IMG/VR virus record: IMGVR_UViG_3300006099_000006
Coordinates: 1 to 22,392 of that record
DNA from: a virus
Taxonomy: Duplodnaviria; Heunggongvirae; Uroviricota; Caudoviricetes
DNA length: 22,392 nt
Strand: one strand, 5' to 3'
Part shown: piece after piece, positions 1 through 11,400 of the stretch
Layout of the letters: every line of letters starts with the position of its first letter
Numbering within the stretch: position 1 is the stretch's first letter
Made by a program: the position numbers and the translations under genes
Notes under the pieces: model-generated
Databases searched by the model: none
The model's input: the letters and a program-made list of their open reading frames with translations, nothing else
Told to the model about the DNA's origin: nothing

Positions 1-1
1 G

Positions 2-253
2 GCCGCGCTGCTGACCGCCCTGGTGGTGATCGGTGGCGTTGCCTTATGGTGCCACAGGTTTGTACTGCGGAACAAGAAGCAGGACGAGGCTATCGCGGCA
101 ATCCGCAACGAACAGACCCTTATCTGCTATGGGGTGCTTGCCTGCCTCAAGGGTCTTAAGGAGAAAGGGTGCAACGGCCCTGTAACTGCCGCCTTGGATA
201 AGCTGGAGAAGCATCTGAACCAGGCGGCCCATGATGTTGAAGATACAGACTGA
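2..253 (+). CDS. Small lysis-module membrane protein (holin-like/accessory), 5'-truncated by the window edge
   Basis: The frame is open from position 2 (AALLTALVVIGGVALW, one hydrophobic helix), followed by a soluble tail EQTLICYGVLACLKGLKEKGCNGPV. It lies just upstream of a second membrane protein and the endolysin. Confidence 0.6.
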   Translation, partial: AALLTALVVIGGVALWCHRFVLRNKKQDEAIAAIRNEQTLICYGVLACLKGLKEKGCNGPVTAALDKLEKHLNQAAHDVEDTD

Positions 254-313
254 ACTGCGAAAGGATGATGCGCAACGGACATCTTAAGGTCGATTTTAAT
301 CGCCGCTGCCGCT

Positions 314-697
314 TTGATTGTGGGGGCTGCCCTGGGTATCGTGTTCAGTGCGGCCACTATCCGGCATCTGCGGAAACGGGTGAAGGAACTGCGGACAGGA
401 AAGCCCCGGCCCAATGTCCTGCAGTCGGTAACAAGGTTTCTGTTCGCTACCACCCAAATATTTGCGCTGGGTTGGGTGTCGGTGTCCTACGTCATCGCCG
501 TTTATTCCACCGTCAAGCTATATCAGCCGTTCCCGGTAGTGGAGCTCTCCCAGCAGGCCATTACCACCATTTTGGGAGTGAACGCGCTGAAGGTGCTGGA
601 GAACATCTTCGAGCACAACGAGGGGATGTTATTCGGCAGAAGCAGGCAGGAAGATAAGCCGCCCAATGAGGGCGGGGAAGAAGGAGGAGTCGGATAA
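314..697 (+). CDS. Putative holin-like multi-pass membrane protein (true start may be near 275)
   Basis: Two to three hydrophobic segments (IVGAALGIVF; FLFATTQIFALGWVSVSYVIAVY; AITTILGVNAL), a basic loop and an acidic C-tail. Ends 3 bp before the endolysin. The TTG at 314 lacks an SD; the frame is open back to 269. Confidence 0.6.
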   Translation: MIVGAALGIVFSAATIRHLRKRVKELRTGKPRPNVLQSVTRFLFATTQIFALGWVSVSYVIAVYSTVKLYQPFPVVELSQQAITTILGVNALKVLENIFEHNEGMLFGRSRQEDKPPNEGGEEGGVG

Positions 698-700
698 GCG

Positions 701-2050
701 ATGAATACTGAAGAAAGAATCTGGAGCTTTCTGAAGGCCCAGGGGCTCACCGACGCTGGCGCCGCCGGCCTGATGGGGAACCTCTACGCAGAGTCTGGCC
801 TGCGGCCCAACAACCTCCAGAACAGCTACGAGGGGAAGCTGGGCATGGCCGATGCCGAGTACACCGAGAGGGTGGACAGCGGCAGCTACACCAACTTCGC
901 CCATGATTGCGCCGGGTATGGACTGGCACAGTGGACGTACCACACTCGCAAGGCTAACCTGCATAAATTCGCCAAAGATGCAGGTAAGAGCATCGGCGAC
1001 CTGGAGATGCAGCTTGGCTTTTTGATGCAGGAGCTGTCCACCAGCTACAAGACGGTTCTGGCCACGCTGAAGACCGCCACCAGTGTCCGGGCCGCCTCCG
1101 ATGCCGTCCTGCTCCAGTTCGAACGCCCGGCGGATCAGAGCGAGGCCGTGAAGGCCAAGCGGGCCGGGTACGGCCAGAAGTATTTCGACAAGTACGCACA
1201 GAAAGGAAGTGTCAACACCATGGGATTTTCCAACAGCCCTTTGGCCACGGTCAAGCTGATTTCTCCCAATAAGACCGTCGGCCGGAACCACGCCATCGAC
1301 ACCATCACCATTCACTGCTTTGTCGGCCAGGTGACCGCCAAGCGGGGGTGCGAGGTGTTCCAGCCGAGCAGCAAGCAGGCGTCCTGCAACTATGTTGTGG
1401 GCTATGATGGCTCCATCGGCCTGTGTGTCGAGGAGAAGGACCGCTCTTGGTGTACGGGCGGCTACAAGAAGGTGAACGGGGTCAACGTCCCCATCCGGGT
1501 GAACGGGATCTCTGGCTCCTCCAACGACTACCAGGCTGTTACCATTGAGGTGGCCTGTGAGGCCAAGCACCCCTACGCCATCACCGAGAAGGCCATGGCC
1601 GCGCTGATCGAGCTGTGTGCCGACATCTGCCGACGCAACGGCATCAAGAAGCTGCTGTGGTCCGGGGACAAGAACCTGGTGGGCAACCCCTCCAAGCAGA
1701 ACCTCACGGTTCACCGCTGGTTCGCCAACAAGGCGTGCCCCGGCGACTACATTTATGACCGCCTCGGTGACATCGCCGCAAAAGTGAATGCCAAACTGGG
1801 AAGCAGTTCTACTACTCCTGTGGTTCCTGCTGCCCCGGAAAGTAATGTGCCCTACAAGGTTCGCATTACCGCTACGGATCTTCGTATCCGAAAGGGGCCT
1901 GGTACCAACACCGCTATTGCCCAGAAAGCCATCAAGCCCGGCGTTTATACCATCGTGTCCGAAGCTGATGGCCCCGGTGCTACGAAGTGGGGCAAGTTGA
2001 AGTCCGGCATTGGCTGGGTTTCTCTCGATTACTGCAAGAAGCTGTCATAA
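701..2050 (+). CDS. Modular endolysin: phage-tail-lysozyme-like domain (approx aa 1-165), Amidase_2-type N-acetylmuramoyl-L-alanine amidase (approx aa 174-365), SH3-like cell-wall-binding domain
   Basis: Lysozyme-type motifs GLMGNLYAESGL and GYGLAQWT. Amidase Zn-site motifs ITIHC, SCNYVVG, AVTIEVA, HRWFANKACPG. C-terminal LRIRKGPGTN...WGKLKSGIGWVSLDY. SD AAGGAGG at 681-687. Confidence 0.9.
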   Translation: MNTEERIWSFLKAQGLTDAGAAGLMGNLYAESGLRPNNLQNSYEGKLGMADAEYTERVDSGSYTNFAHDCAGYGLAQWTYHTRKANLHKFAKDAGKSIGDLEMQLGFLMQELSTSYKTVLATLKTATSVRAASDAVLLQFERPADQSEAVKAKRAGYGQKYFDKYAQKGSVNTMGFSNSPLATVKLISPNKTVGRNHAIDTITIHCFVGQVTAKRGCEVFQPSSKQASCNYVVGYDGSIGLCVEEKDRSWCTGGYKKVNGVNVPIRVNGISGSSNDYQAVTIEVACEAKHPYAITEKAMAALIELCADICRRNGIKKLLWSGDKNLVGNPSKQNLTVHRWFANKACPGDYIYDRLGDIAAKVNAKLGSSSTTPVVPAAPESNVPYKVRITATDLRIRKGPGTNTAIAQKAIKPGVYTIVSEADGPGATKWGKLKSGIGWVSLDYCKKLS

Positions 2051-2062
2051 AGGAGCAACCAT

Positions 2063-2440
2063 ATGATTACGTTCAGACAAAAGGGTGACTTCTCCAACCT
2101 GACCAAATTCTTAGAAAGAGCAAAAGAGGTTGTACACCTCGGCGATCTCGATAAGTACGGTCGCGCTGGAGTGGCCGCCCTTGCGTCTGCGACGCCTGTC
2201 GATTCCGGTTTGACAGCGAGTTCGTGGTATTACGAGATCACAAACAAAAACGGAACGGCAACAATTTCGTTCCGCAACTCCAACATTCAAAATGGAGTTC
2301 CTATCGCCATCATCCTGCAATATGGACATGGCACCGGAACAGGCGGCTGGGTAGAAGGGCGAGATTACATCAACCCCGCTATCCAGCCTATTTTTGACCA
2401 AATTGCGAATGACGCATGGAAGGAGGTTGAACGGTTATGA
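2063..2440 (+). CDS. HK97 gp10-like tail-completion/neck protein
   Basis: 125 aa with motif ATPVDSGLTASSW and QYGHGT...YINPAI, resembling the HK97 gp10 family (TPVDTG...EYGT...P). SD AAGGAG upstream. Overlaps the TMP start (ATGA). Confidence 0.72.
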   Translation: MITFRQKGDFSNLTKFLERAKEVVHLGDLDKYGRAGVAALASATPVDSGLTASSWYYEITNKNGTATISFRNSNIQNGVPIAIILQYGHGTGTGGWVEGRDYINPAIQPIFDQIANDAWKEVERL

Positions 2441-5400
2441 GCAAGACTATCGACGAGAGAGTCGTAGAAATGCGATTTGACAACAAACAGTTTGAATCCG
2501 GTGTGCAAACGAGTTTGTCAACCTTAGATAAGCTGAAAAAGGGCTTGGATCTGGACGGAGCCGCTAAGGGCTTTGACCAGCTGAGCGCGGCTGCCAAGAA
2601 GTGCGATATGTCCGCAATCGGGCGCTCTGTCGAGACTGTTCAAGCGAAATTCTCGGCATTTGAAGTCGTAGCTATGACTGCTCTCTCCAACATCACCAAT
2701 TCTGCGGTGAATGCTGGTAAGCGTCTCCTCTCTTCCCTGACTATCGAGCCAATCTCTACGGGTTTCAATGAGTACGAGCTTAAGATGGGTTCTATTCAGA
2801 CCATCATGGCGAGTACCGGTGAAAGTTTGGACAAGGTCAATCAGAAGTTGGATGAGCTGAACAAATATTCAGATCGAACCATCTATTCGTTCTCTGATAT
2901 GACTCAGAATATCGGCAAGTTCACAAATGCCGGTGTCAAACTGGATGATGCTGTTGCCGCAATCCAAGGTGTCAGTAATGTGGCCGCCGTATCCGGGGCG
3001 AATGCCAATGAGGCATCCAGGGCGATGTATAACTTTGCCCAGGCATTGTCGGCTGGTTACGTTAAGCTGATCGACTGGAAATCCATCGAGAATGCCAATA
3101 TGGCAACGGTTGAGTTTAAGACACAGCTTCTTGAATCTGCCGTTGCCGCAGGAACACTAACCCGAACTGCCGATGGTATGTACAAGACTCTGGAAAAGGG
3201 CACCGTCATTGATGCAACCCATATGTTCAATGACAGTCTTCAGGAACAGTGGATGACCACGGAAGTATTGACTGAAACCCTGAAGGACTATGCTGATGAG
3301 ACAACGGAGATTGGTAAGAAAGCATTTGCGGCGGCTCAGGATGTCAAAACTTGGTCCCAGCTTTTAGACACACTTAAGGAAAGTGCTCAGTCGGGCTGGG
3401 CTGAAACCTGGCAGTTGGTCGCCGGAGACTATGAAGAAGCGAAGACTACCCTTCGTACTTTTTCTGAATTCTTCAGCAGTATCATTGACGGGTCCGCCGA
3501 AGCGAGAAATTCCCTTCTGGAAGGGGCACTGATGTCGAGTTGGGGTCAAATCAAAAGCAGAGTCAACGAAACTGGAACATCAGTTGATGCTTTCCGAGAT
3601 ACTCTTCGAGAGACTGCCGAGAGTTCTGTTGAGGGTTTGGACAAGATAATCGAAGAGGCTGGATCGTTCGATGCCGCTCTTTCAAAAGGATGGCTTACCA
3701 CCGATATTCTTTCTGCCACTTTGGATAACCTGGTCAGTAAAGCAGCCGGAACTCAGGTGAGCATTTCGGAACTCTCAGATGAGCAGTTGCAGAACATCGG
3801 CTACACTCAGGAACAGATCGATGCTCTTCGTGCTCTTTCGGAAGAAGCCAAGTCTTCTGGCAGCAATCTCGCTTCTTTGGTCAGCACATTAGGCCGTCAG
3901 AGTGGCCGTGAACTCCTGTTTGATTCCCTCCTGAACGGAGCTAAAGCCGTTCAAGGATTGTTTCAGACCATCAAAGGCGCATGGCAGGATATTTTTCCTC
4001 ACACCACATCTGAACAACTCTATTCTTTCATTGAAGCGCTACACTCCGCATCTGAGAAGATAAGAGATTTCTTCACACAGGCGGAGGAAGGCGCGGACGG
4101 ATTTACGGGAGCAATCAACAAACCATTACAAGATATCGGAAACACATTCAAAGGTCTCTTTGCGGTACTTGATATCGTGAAGCAGGCCTTTACTGCTTTT
4201 CTGCGGGCTGTCAGTCCTGCGGGTTCGGCAGTTGGCGAGATACTTACCGGCGTCCTTGGATTAACCGGCTCCTTTGGAGAATGGCTCTCTAAACTTGATG
4301 AAAGCATCAAGAAAGGCGATGTCTTCTACAAGGGGCTTAAGTCTATTGTTGACATCGTTAAGGGCGCTATCACTGCTGTGACTGGTTTTGCCGCTGCGAT
4401 TGGAGAAAGTTTGGGCTTCCCCGGCCTCGATAGTGCGACGGCTTCTGTTGAAGCGTTCCTTGGAACTTTGAAGGGAAAAATCGGCGCTCCTGGTCTGGAG
4501 AAATTGGAAGCCATTTTTGATGGGATCTGCACGAGCGCCAAATGGGTCAAAGACGCTATCGTTGGTATGAAAGACGGTGTCGTCGATTCGATGGGTAAGA
4601 TTGACGGAGCTGTTTCCGGAAACAAATTTGTTCAGGTCCTGACGGGTATTGGCACGTTTATCAAACAGGTGGCCAGTGCAATCGGAGGACTGCTCGGAAA
4701 AGCTATTGACGGTCTTATCAACACATTGAGCAACGCCGATTTCAACGGAATCCTCGACTTCCTGAACGCCTTGGCCGCCGGCGGCATTATAGCCGCAATC
4801 CGTAAATTTATTGATCCAGTCGAAGAGTTGCAGGACACATTCGGCAGCCTCAAAGATTGGGTTAAAGGGCTCGGCAAAGGAGTTACCAAAATCCTGGACG
4901 GCGTTCGCGGAAGCTTAGAGGCATGGCAGACCAAGTTGAAGTCTGATGCTCTTGGCAAAATTGCGGCCTCTATTGCTGTCCTCTCCGTCAGTTTGCTTGT
5001 ATTGTCATCTATCGACTCTGATAAGGTGACCGGGTCGCTCGCCGCAATGGGCACTATGTTCGCAGAGCTCATGGTGTCCATGGCTGTGCTGGACAAGCTG
5101 AGCATTGACGGGAAAGCCGCCAATAAGACCGCATCTGCCATGATAAAAATGGGAGCGGCGCTTCTGGTCCTGAGCATGGCGATGAAGAATCTCGGCGAAT
5201 TGGAACCCGAGCAGTTGGCGGCGGGGCTGGTTGGCGTTGGCGTATTGCTGGCAGAAATCGATCTCTTCCTCAATACAGCCAAATTCGACAAGAACGCCTC
5301 TAAGGCTGCAACCGGTATGATCCTGTTCGCCGCGGCAATCAAAATCCTCTCTTCGGCAGTAAAGAGCCTGGGCGAAATGGACTGGGACGACATGGCGAAG

Positions 5401-8400
5401 GGGCTTGTCGGAGTAGGGGGGCTTTTGGCTGAAGTCGAGATCTTCCTGAACAATGCCAAGTTCAACGGAAAGGCTGTTTTAACGGCAACAGGGATTGTTA
5501 TTCTCGCTTCCGCAATTAAAGTCCTTGCCTCTGCCTGTAAAGACTTTGGCTCCATGTCCTGGGGAGAGATCACCAAAGGACTGGTATCCATTGCCGCTCT
5601 TCTGGTAGAGATCACTGTGTTTACCAAACTGACCGGAGATGCGAAGCATGTTATCAGTACAGGCGTCGCGTTGATTGAGATTGCGGCAGCTATGAAGATA
5701 TTTGCCTCCGCTATGGCCGACTTTGGCAGTATGAGCGGGGCGGAAATCGCAAAGGGTCTCATCGCCATGGGTGGTGCCTTGACGGAGGTTGCCATCGCTA
5801 CCAAACTGATGCCGAAGAACATGATCGGTATTGGCGCGGGTCTGGTCATTGTCGGAGCGGCACTCAAAATTGTTGCGAGTGCTCTCGGGTCTATGGGCAG
5901 TATGAGCTGGGAAGGAATTGCGAAGGGCATTGTCGCCATTGGCGTTGCACTTGCTGAGCTGGCCATCGGATTGAATCTGATGAACGGCACATTGGCTGGT
6001 TCTGCCGCACTACTCGTAGCCGCAGGAGCTTTGGCAGTTTTGACCCCGGTGCTTGTGGTTCTCGGCAATATGAGCTGGGAATCTATCGCAAAGGGGCTTA
6101 TCACGATTGCCGGGGCATTCACGGTTATGGGCGTGGCCGGTGCTGTGCTTGGGCCATTGGCACCCTCTATCCTTGCCATTTCAGGAGCATTGGCGTTGCT
6201 TGGGGTTGGCGCTGTCGCTATAGGCGCAGGGCTGACCTTGATCGGAGCAGGATTGTCTTCCGTCTCTGTTGGGCTGGTGTCATTAGCAGCCTCGTTGGCC
6301 TCCAGCGGCACCCTCATTGTTGGCGGACTTTCAGCAATCGTTCTCGGATTTGCTGGACTAATTCCGGCTATTGCCGAGAAAATCGGCGAGGCCATTGTAG
6401 CTTTCTGCGGTATTATTGCAAATGGCGCTCCGGCTATCGGCGATGCTGTGAAAGCAGTCGTTCTAACTCTCGTCGATGTTCTGGTCGAGTGCGTGCCGGC
6501 TATTGCCGACGGAGCCCTTCAGTTGGTAACGGGTGTCCTCGCATCTCTGGTCACCTACACGCCCCAGATCATCGATTCACTGATGCAGTTCCTGATCGAG
6601 ATCCTGGAGGGTATCGCTCGCAATATGCCCCAGCTCATTCAGGCTGCAATGGACGTGGTTGGCGCATTCTTCGCAGGCGTTCTCAGTGCGTTGAGCAGTA
6701 TTGACGCGGACAGCCTTATCAAAGGTATCGGGGCAGTCGGTCTATTAACCGCTTTGGTTGGGGCTCTTGGCCTGGTGGCAGGGCTTGTACCGGCAGCCAT
6801 GGTTGGCGTTCTCGGTATGGGTGCTATGATTACCGAGTTGGCAATCGTCCTGGCCGCTGTTGGCGGACTGGCACAAATCCCGGGGCTTGAGTGGCTTATC
6901 AGCGAAGGCGGCCAACTTCTCCAAACCATCGGTACTGCAATCGGCGGGTTCGTCGGTGGTATTGTTGGCGGGTTTATGAGTGGGGTTTCCAGTTCGTTCC
7001 CGCAAATCGGGGCGGACTTGTCCTCCTTCATGACCAATGTACAGCCGTTCATCGACGGGGCATCCAGTATCAGCCCCAATATGCTGACCGGCGTCAAAGC
7101 CCTTACCGAAGCTATCATACTCATCACTGCCGCTGATCTGCTGGAAGGTTTAACCTCCTGGCTTACTGGCGGTTCCTCTTTGTCGGACTTCGCGGAGCAG
7201 CTTGTTCCATTTGGCGAAGCCATGATGAAGTTTTCCAACACGATTACCGGACTGGATGGCGATCTGGTCAGCACGGCCGCTATTGCCGGCAAAACCCTTG
7301 CCGAAATGGCCGCCACGTTACCCAATAGTGGTGGCGTTGTGGGGTTCTTTGCCGGGGAGAATGACATGGCTGAGTTCGGCAATCAACTTGTCGGCTTTGG
7401 CAAATCCATGATGGACTTCGCCGACAGTATCAAAGGCTTGGATACCGAGGCAGTTCAAAATGCCGCAATCGCAGGCAAGGCAATGGCCGAGATGGCCGCC
7501 ACCCTTCCGAACACCGGCGGGGCGGTTGCATTCTTTGCCGGAGAGAACGACATGGACACCTTTGGCGAACAGCTTGTTCCGTTTGGCAAGGCCATTAAGG
7601 AATACTCCAATGCTGTGGCAGGGCTTGATACGGATGCTGTCGTGAATTCGGCAACGGCCGGTAAGGCCCTTGTGGAACTCGCAAACACCGTTCCTAATAC
7701 CGGCGGGGCAGTCGCGTTCTTTACCGGGGACAACGATCTTGCCACATTTGGCGAACAAATTGTTGTCTTTGGTAATGCGATGAAAGAGTATTCTCAGACG
7801 GTATCCGGCTTGGATGGCGATGCTGTCGCCAACTCCGCTACGGCTGGGGCCGCTCTTGTGGAACTCGCAAATACCGTTCCTAATACCGGCGGGGCAGTCG
7901 CGTTCTTTACCGGGGACAACGATCTTAAGACCTTTGGCGAGCAGATCGTTCCCTTTGGAGAGTCGATGAAGGCCTACTCTGATTCTATCGCAGGCATCGA
8001 CGCTGAAGCAGTAAGCGCATCCACCACTGCCGCATTGGCTCTGGCTGAGCTTCAATCTACCCTTCCGAATGTTGGCGGGGTTGTTGACTTCTTCACAGGA
8101 GGAAACGATCTTGGTACGTTTGGTGAGGGTATTAAGACCTTTGGCGAAGCCATGAACTCCTATGGAGCGGCCGTAAGCGGGATTGACGCGGAAGCTGTGA
8201 CTGCATCTGCAACTGCGGCTCAGGCGTTGGCTCAACTCCAGACGTCTCTTCCTAATATGGGCGGATTCATGAGTTTCTTTACCGGTGATAACGACCTTTC
8301 CGCATTCGCAGAAGGGATTATCCCATTCGGCGAGGCCATGAAGTCTTATGGCCAGGCCGTGTCCGGTATTGACGCTGGAGCCATTACCGCCTCTGCGGTG

Positions 8401-11400
8401 GCGGCACAGTCCCTTTCTGAGCTTCAGTCCACACTCCCCAATGTTGGGGGCGTGATGGAATTCTTCACCGGAAGCAACGATCTTGGCAAATTCTCTGAGG
8501 GGTTGATCCCCTTCGGGAAAGCTATGAAATCCTACAGCGATTCTGTCGTTGGGATCAACGCTGAAGCCATCACAGCTTCCGCTACCGCCGCCAAATCATT
8601 GGCAGAACTCCAATCCGTTCTCCCGAATGTGGGAGGGGTAATGGAGTTCTTCACCGGCGGAAACGATCTTGGCACATTTGCCACTGGTATTATCCCGTTC
8701 GGCGCGGCTATGAAATCCTATGGGAATGCTGTCGCCGACATCAATGCGGAAGCAATCACCGCATCCGCGATTGCAGCCCAGTCCCTCGCACAGCTCCAGA
8801 CCACCCTTCCGCAGATCGGCGGTGTGATGGAGTTCTTCACTGGACGTTATGACCTTACCGCCTTTGGCGAAGCATTGATTCCCTTCGGGGAAGCCATGCA
8901 CTCCTATGGAACTGCTGTAGCTGGTATCGATGCCGGCGCAGTAGCAAATTCGGCCACCGCAGGTAAGGCGCTTGTGGAGCTGGCAAATACTCTTCCCAAA
9001 TGCGGAGGTTTGGCGGAGGTCTTCACGGGAAGCAACAGCTTGGCCGGATTCGGCGATGAAATCGTCCAGTTCGGTAAAGATCTCTCCGCTTACGCCAACG
9101 CCATCAAAGATGTGAAACCCGAGGCGGTAACCGCCTCCGCAAATGCGGCGCAAGCCCTGTCTAATCTGGCCACAGGTCTGCCGGATAGCAGCCTCTTTGA
9201 CAAATGGTTTGGCGGAGATCAAACACTCGCCTCCTTTGGCAAAGATATTTCCTCCTTCGGGGAAAGCATGGGAAGCTACTATTCCAAGGTTTCCAGCATC
9301 GACCTGACAAAGCTGTCCGGGGTTGTGACCCAGGTTTGGTCCCTTGTGGATCTGGCCAAGGGTATTCAAGGACTTGACACCAGCGGATTCAATTCATTCG
9401 GGACTGCCCTTAAGACCATGGCGAATACGGGAATCAACGAATTTGTTTCGGCGTTCTCGAATTCGACCACCGAAGTCAATAAGGCTGTTCAAGGGATGTT
9501 GAGTTCGGTAAGCACCTCTATCTCGAATGGCAAGACCCTCACGACACCCGGAATAGAATCGGTGATGAAGTCGCTGGCTGACATCGTTACGAAGAAAGCC
9601 ACCGAAATCAACAATTCCGTCACGACGATGATGAAGGGCGTCGCCACTACTATTCGCAATAGCGCCCCATCTGTCCAAAATGCCACACGCACTGTCTTCT
9701 CCAATGCGGTCAATGTCCTTAACGGCATGAAAGGTCAGTTTGAAAATGCTGGCCAAAACGCCGGCCAGGGCTTTGTGAACGGTATCAACTCCAAGATGGG
9801 CGCTTCGACAGTGGCCGGCCGCAATCTGGGCTTGGCCGCCTTGAATGCTGCAAAGAAGGCACTGGACAGTCATTCACCTTCTCGTGAATTCATCTATCTG
9901 GGTGAAAACATGGGTGAGGGTTTGGCAATCGGAGCCGAGAACAGCATTGTGCCTGCTTCTCAGGCCACTTCCAAGATGATCGGCGAAGTTCTCAAGGTAA
10001 GCTCCAAGGGAATCGAGGCGTTCCAGAAGTGGGCCGAGGAAAAGAAGTATTATGGCGAGTTAAGTCTGAAAGATGAGCTTGCCGGGTACGAAAATCTGCA
10101 ACAGAAGTACAAAGCTGGCAGCGAAGAGCGCATCAAGATCGACCGCGAGGTTTACCGGATTCAAAATGAACTGGTTGCGTCTACCTATCAGGCCTCTATC
10201 GATTGGATCGAGGAGCAGAAGTATTACAACCAGCTCAGCACCCAGGAAGAGCTTGAGGCCTATGAGCGGATGCAGCAGCGGTACATCGAGGGCAGTGAGG
10301 AACGTAAGAAGATCGACCGCGAGGTCTATGCCCTCCGGAAACAGCTCATGGATGAGTCCTATCAGCATTCCATGGACTGGATCGAGGAGGAGAAGTATTA
10401 CAATCGCATGAGCCTTTCTGACGAGCTCGCCGCCTATAAGCGGGTACAGAGCCGTTATGCCAAAGGCACCGACGAGCGCAAGAAGATGGATCGTGAGGTC
10501 TACCGTCTTGAGCAGGAGATCTATGAGGCTCAGAAGCAGTACATCGCCGATGTTCAGAGTGTTCAGGCGACGGCAAATCAGAAACGCCTTGATCTCGAAG
10601 AGGAGTATGCCGATAAGGTCAAATCCATCAACGAGAAATTGGCGTCGGACATCAAGTCACTGAACGACAAGTACCAAAGTGCCCTTGAATCTCGCACCAA
10701 TAGCCTTTACCAATCTTATGGCCTCTTTGATGAGGTTAAAGAGCGGGAAGAGGTAAACGGCGAAGCCCTGATGAAGAACCTGACGGATCAGGTGCAGGAG
10801 TTTGGCGAGTGGCAGGATATTTTGGACAGTCTCTCGGCGAGAGGTCTGGATTCCGAGCTGATCGGCGAGCTTCAGGAGATGGGCCCCTCCGCAATCGCGG
10901 AGTTGAAGGCTCTTAATTCCATGAGTGACTCCGAGTTGGAGAAGTATGCCGCTCTTTGGTCCATCAAACATGCCCAGGCCCGTGAACAGGCCGTCGGCGA
11001 GTTAGAGGGCCTTCGTATTGAAACCCAAAACAACATTGCTCAGCTTCGTGTCGAGGCCGAGCGAGAGCTGGATGACTATCGCGCTGTCTGGCAGACCAAG
11101 ATGAACCAGGTCACCATCGATGCTAACGCGGAGCTGGAACAGCTTCGGAAAGCATTTGGTGAGAAGGTCGGTCTTATCAAGAAGGACACCGAAAAAGAAA
11201 CGCAGGAGATGGTCGATGCCGCTCAAGCGATTCTTCAGGAAGCCGGATGGGATGAGACTGGCAAACAAATCGTGACCGGAATCAAGAATGGCGTCGAGGA
11301 AGAGAAACCTGCGTTCCTGGATGCCCTGACACAAATGGCCCTGGAGGGTGTTCAGGCGGTTAAGACCGCATGGGATGAGCATTCTCCTTCCCGGGTCTTC

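Noticed and set aside
265-657. 130-aa ORF starting ATGATG
   Set aside because: The ATGs overlap or abut the SD and the product is not protein-like. The overlapping frame encodes the membrane protein.
629-1714. 361-aa antisense ORF over the endolysin
   Set aside because: Same in-register shadow effect over a region with 90-95% GC3 in my samples.
2210-2233. Perfect TTGACA inside the gp10-like gene as an internal TMP promoter
   Set aside because: The nearest -10-like hexamer (TATTAC, 2228) is only 12 nt away, which is not a credible sigma70 spacing.
7669-7926. Regularly spaced direct repeats resembling a CRISPR array
   Set aside because: The repeats are in-frame coding units with homologous rather than unique spacers, and there are no cas genes.
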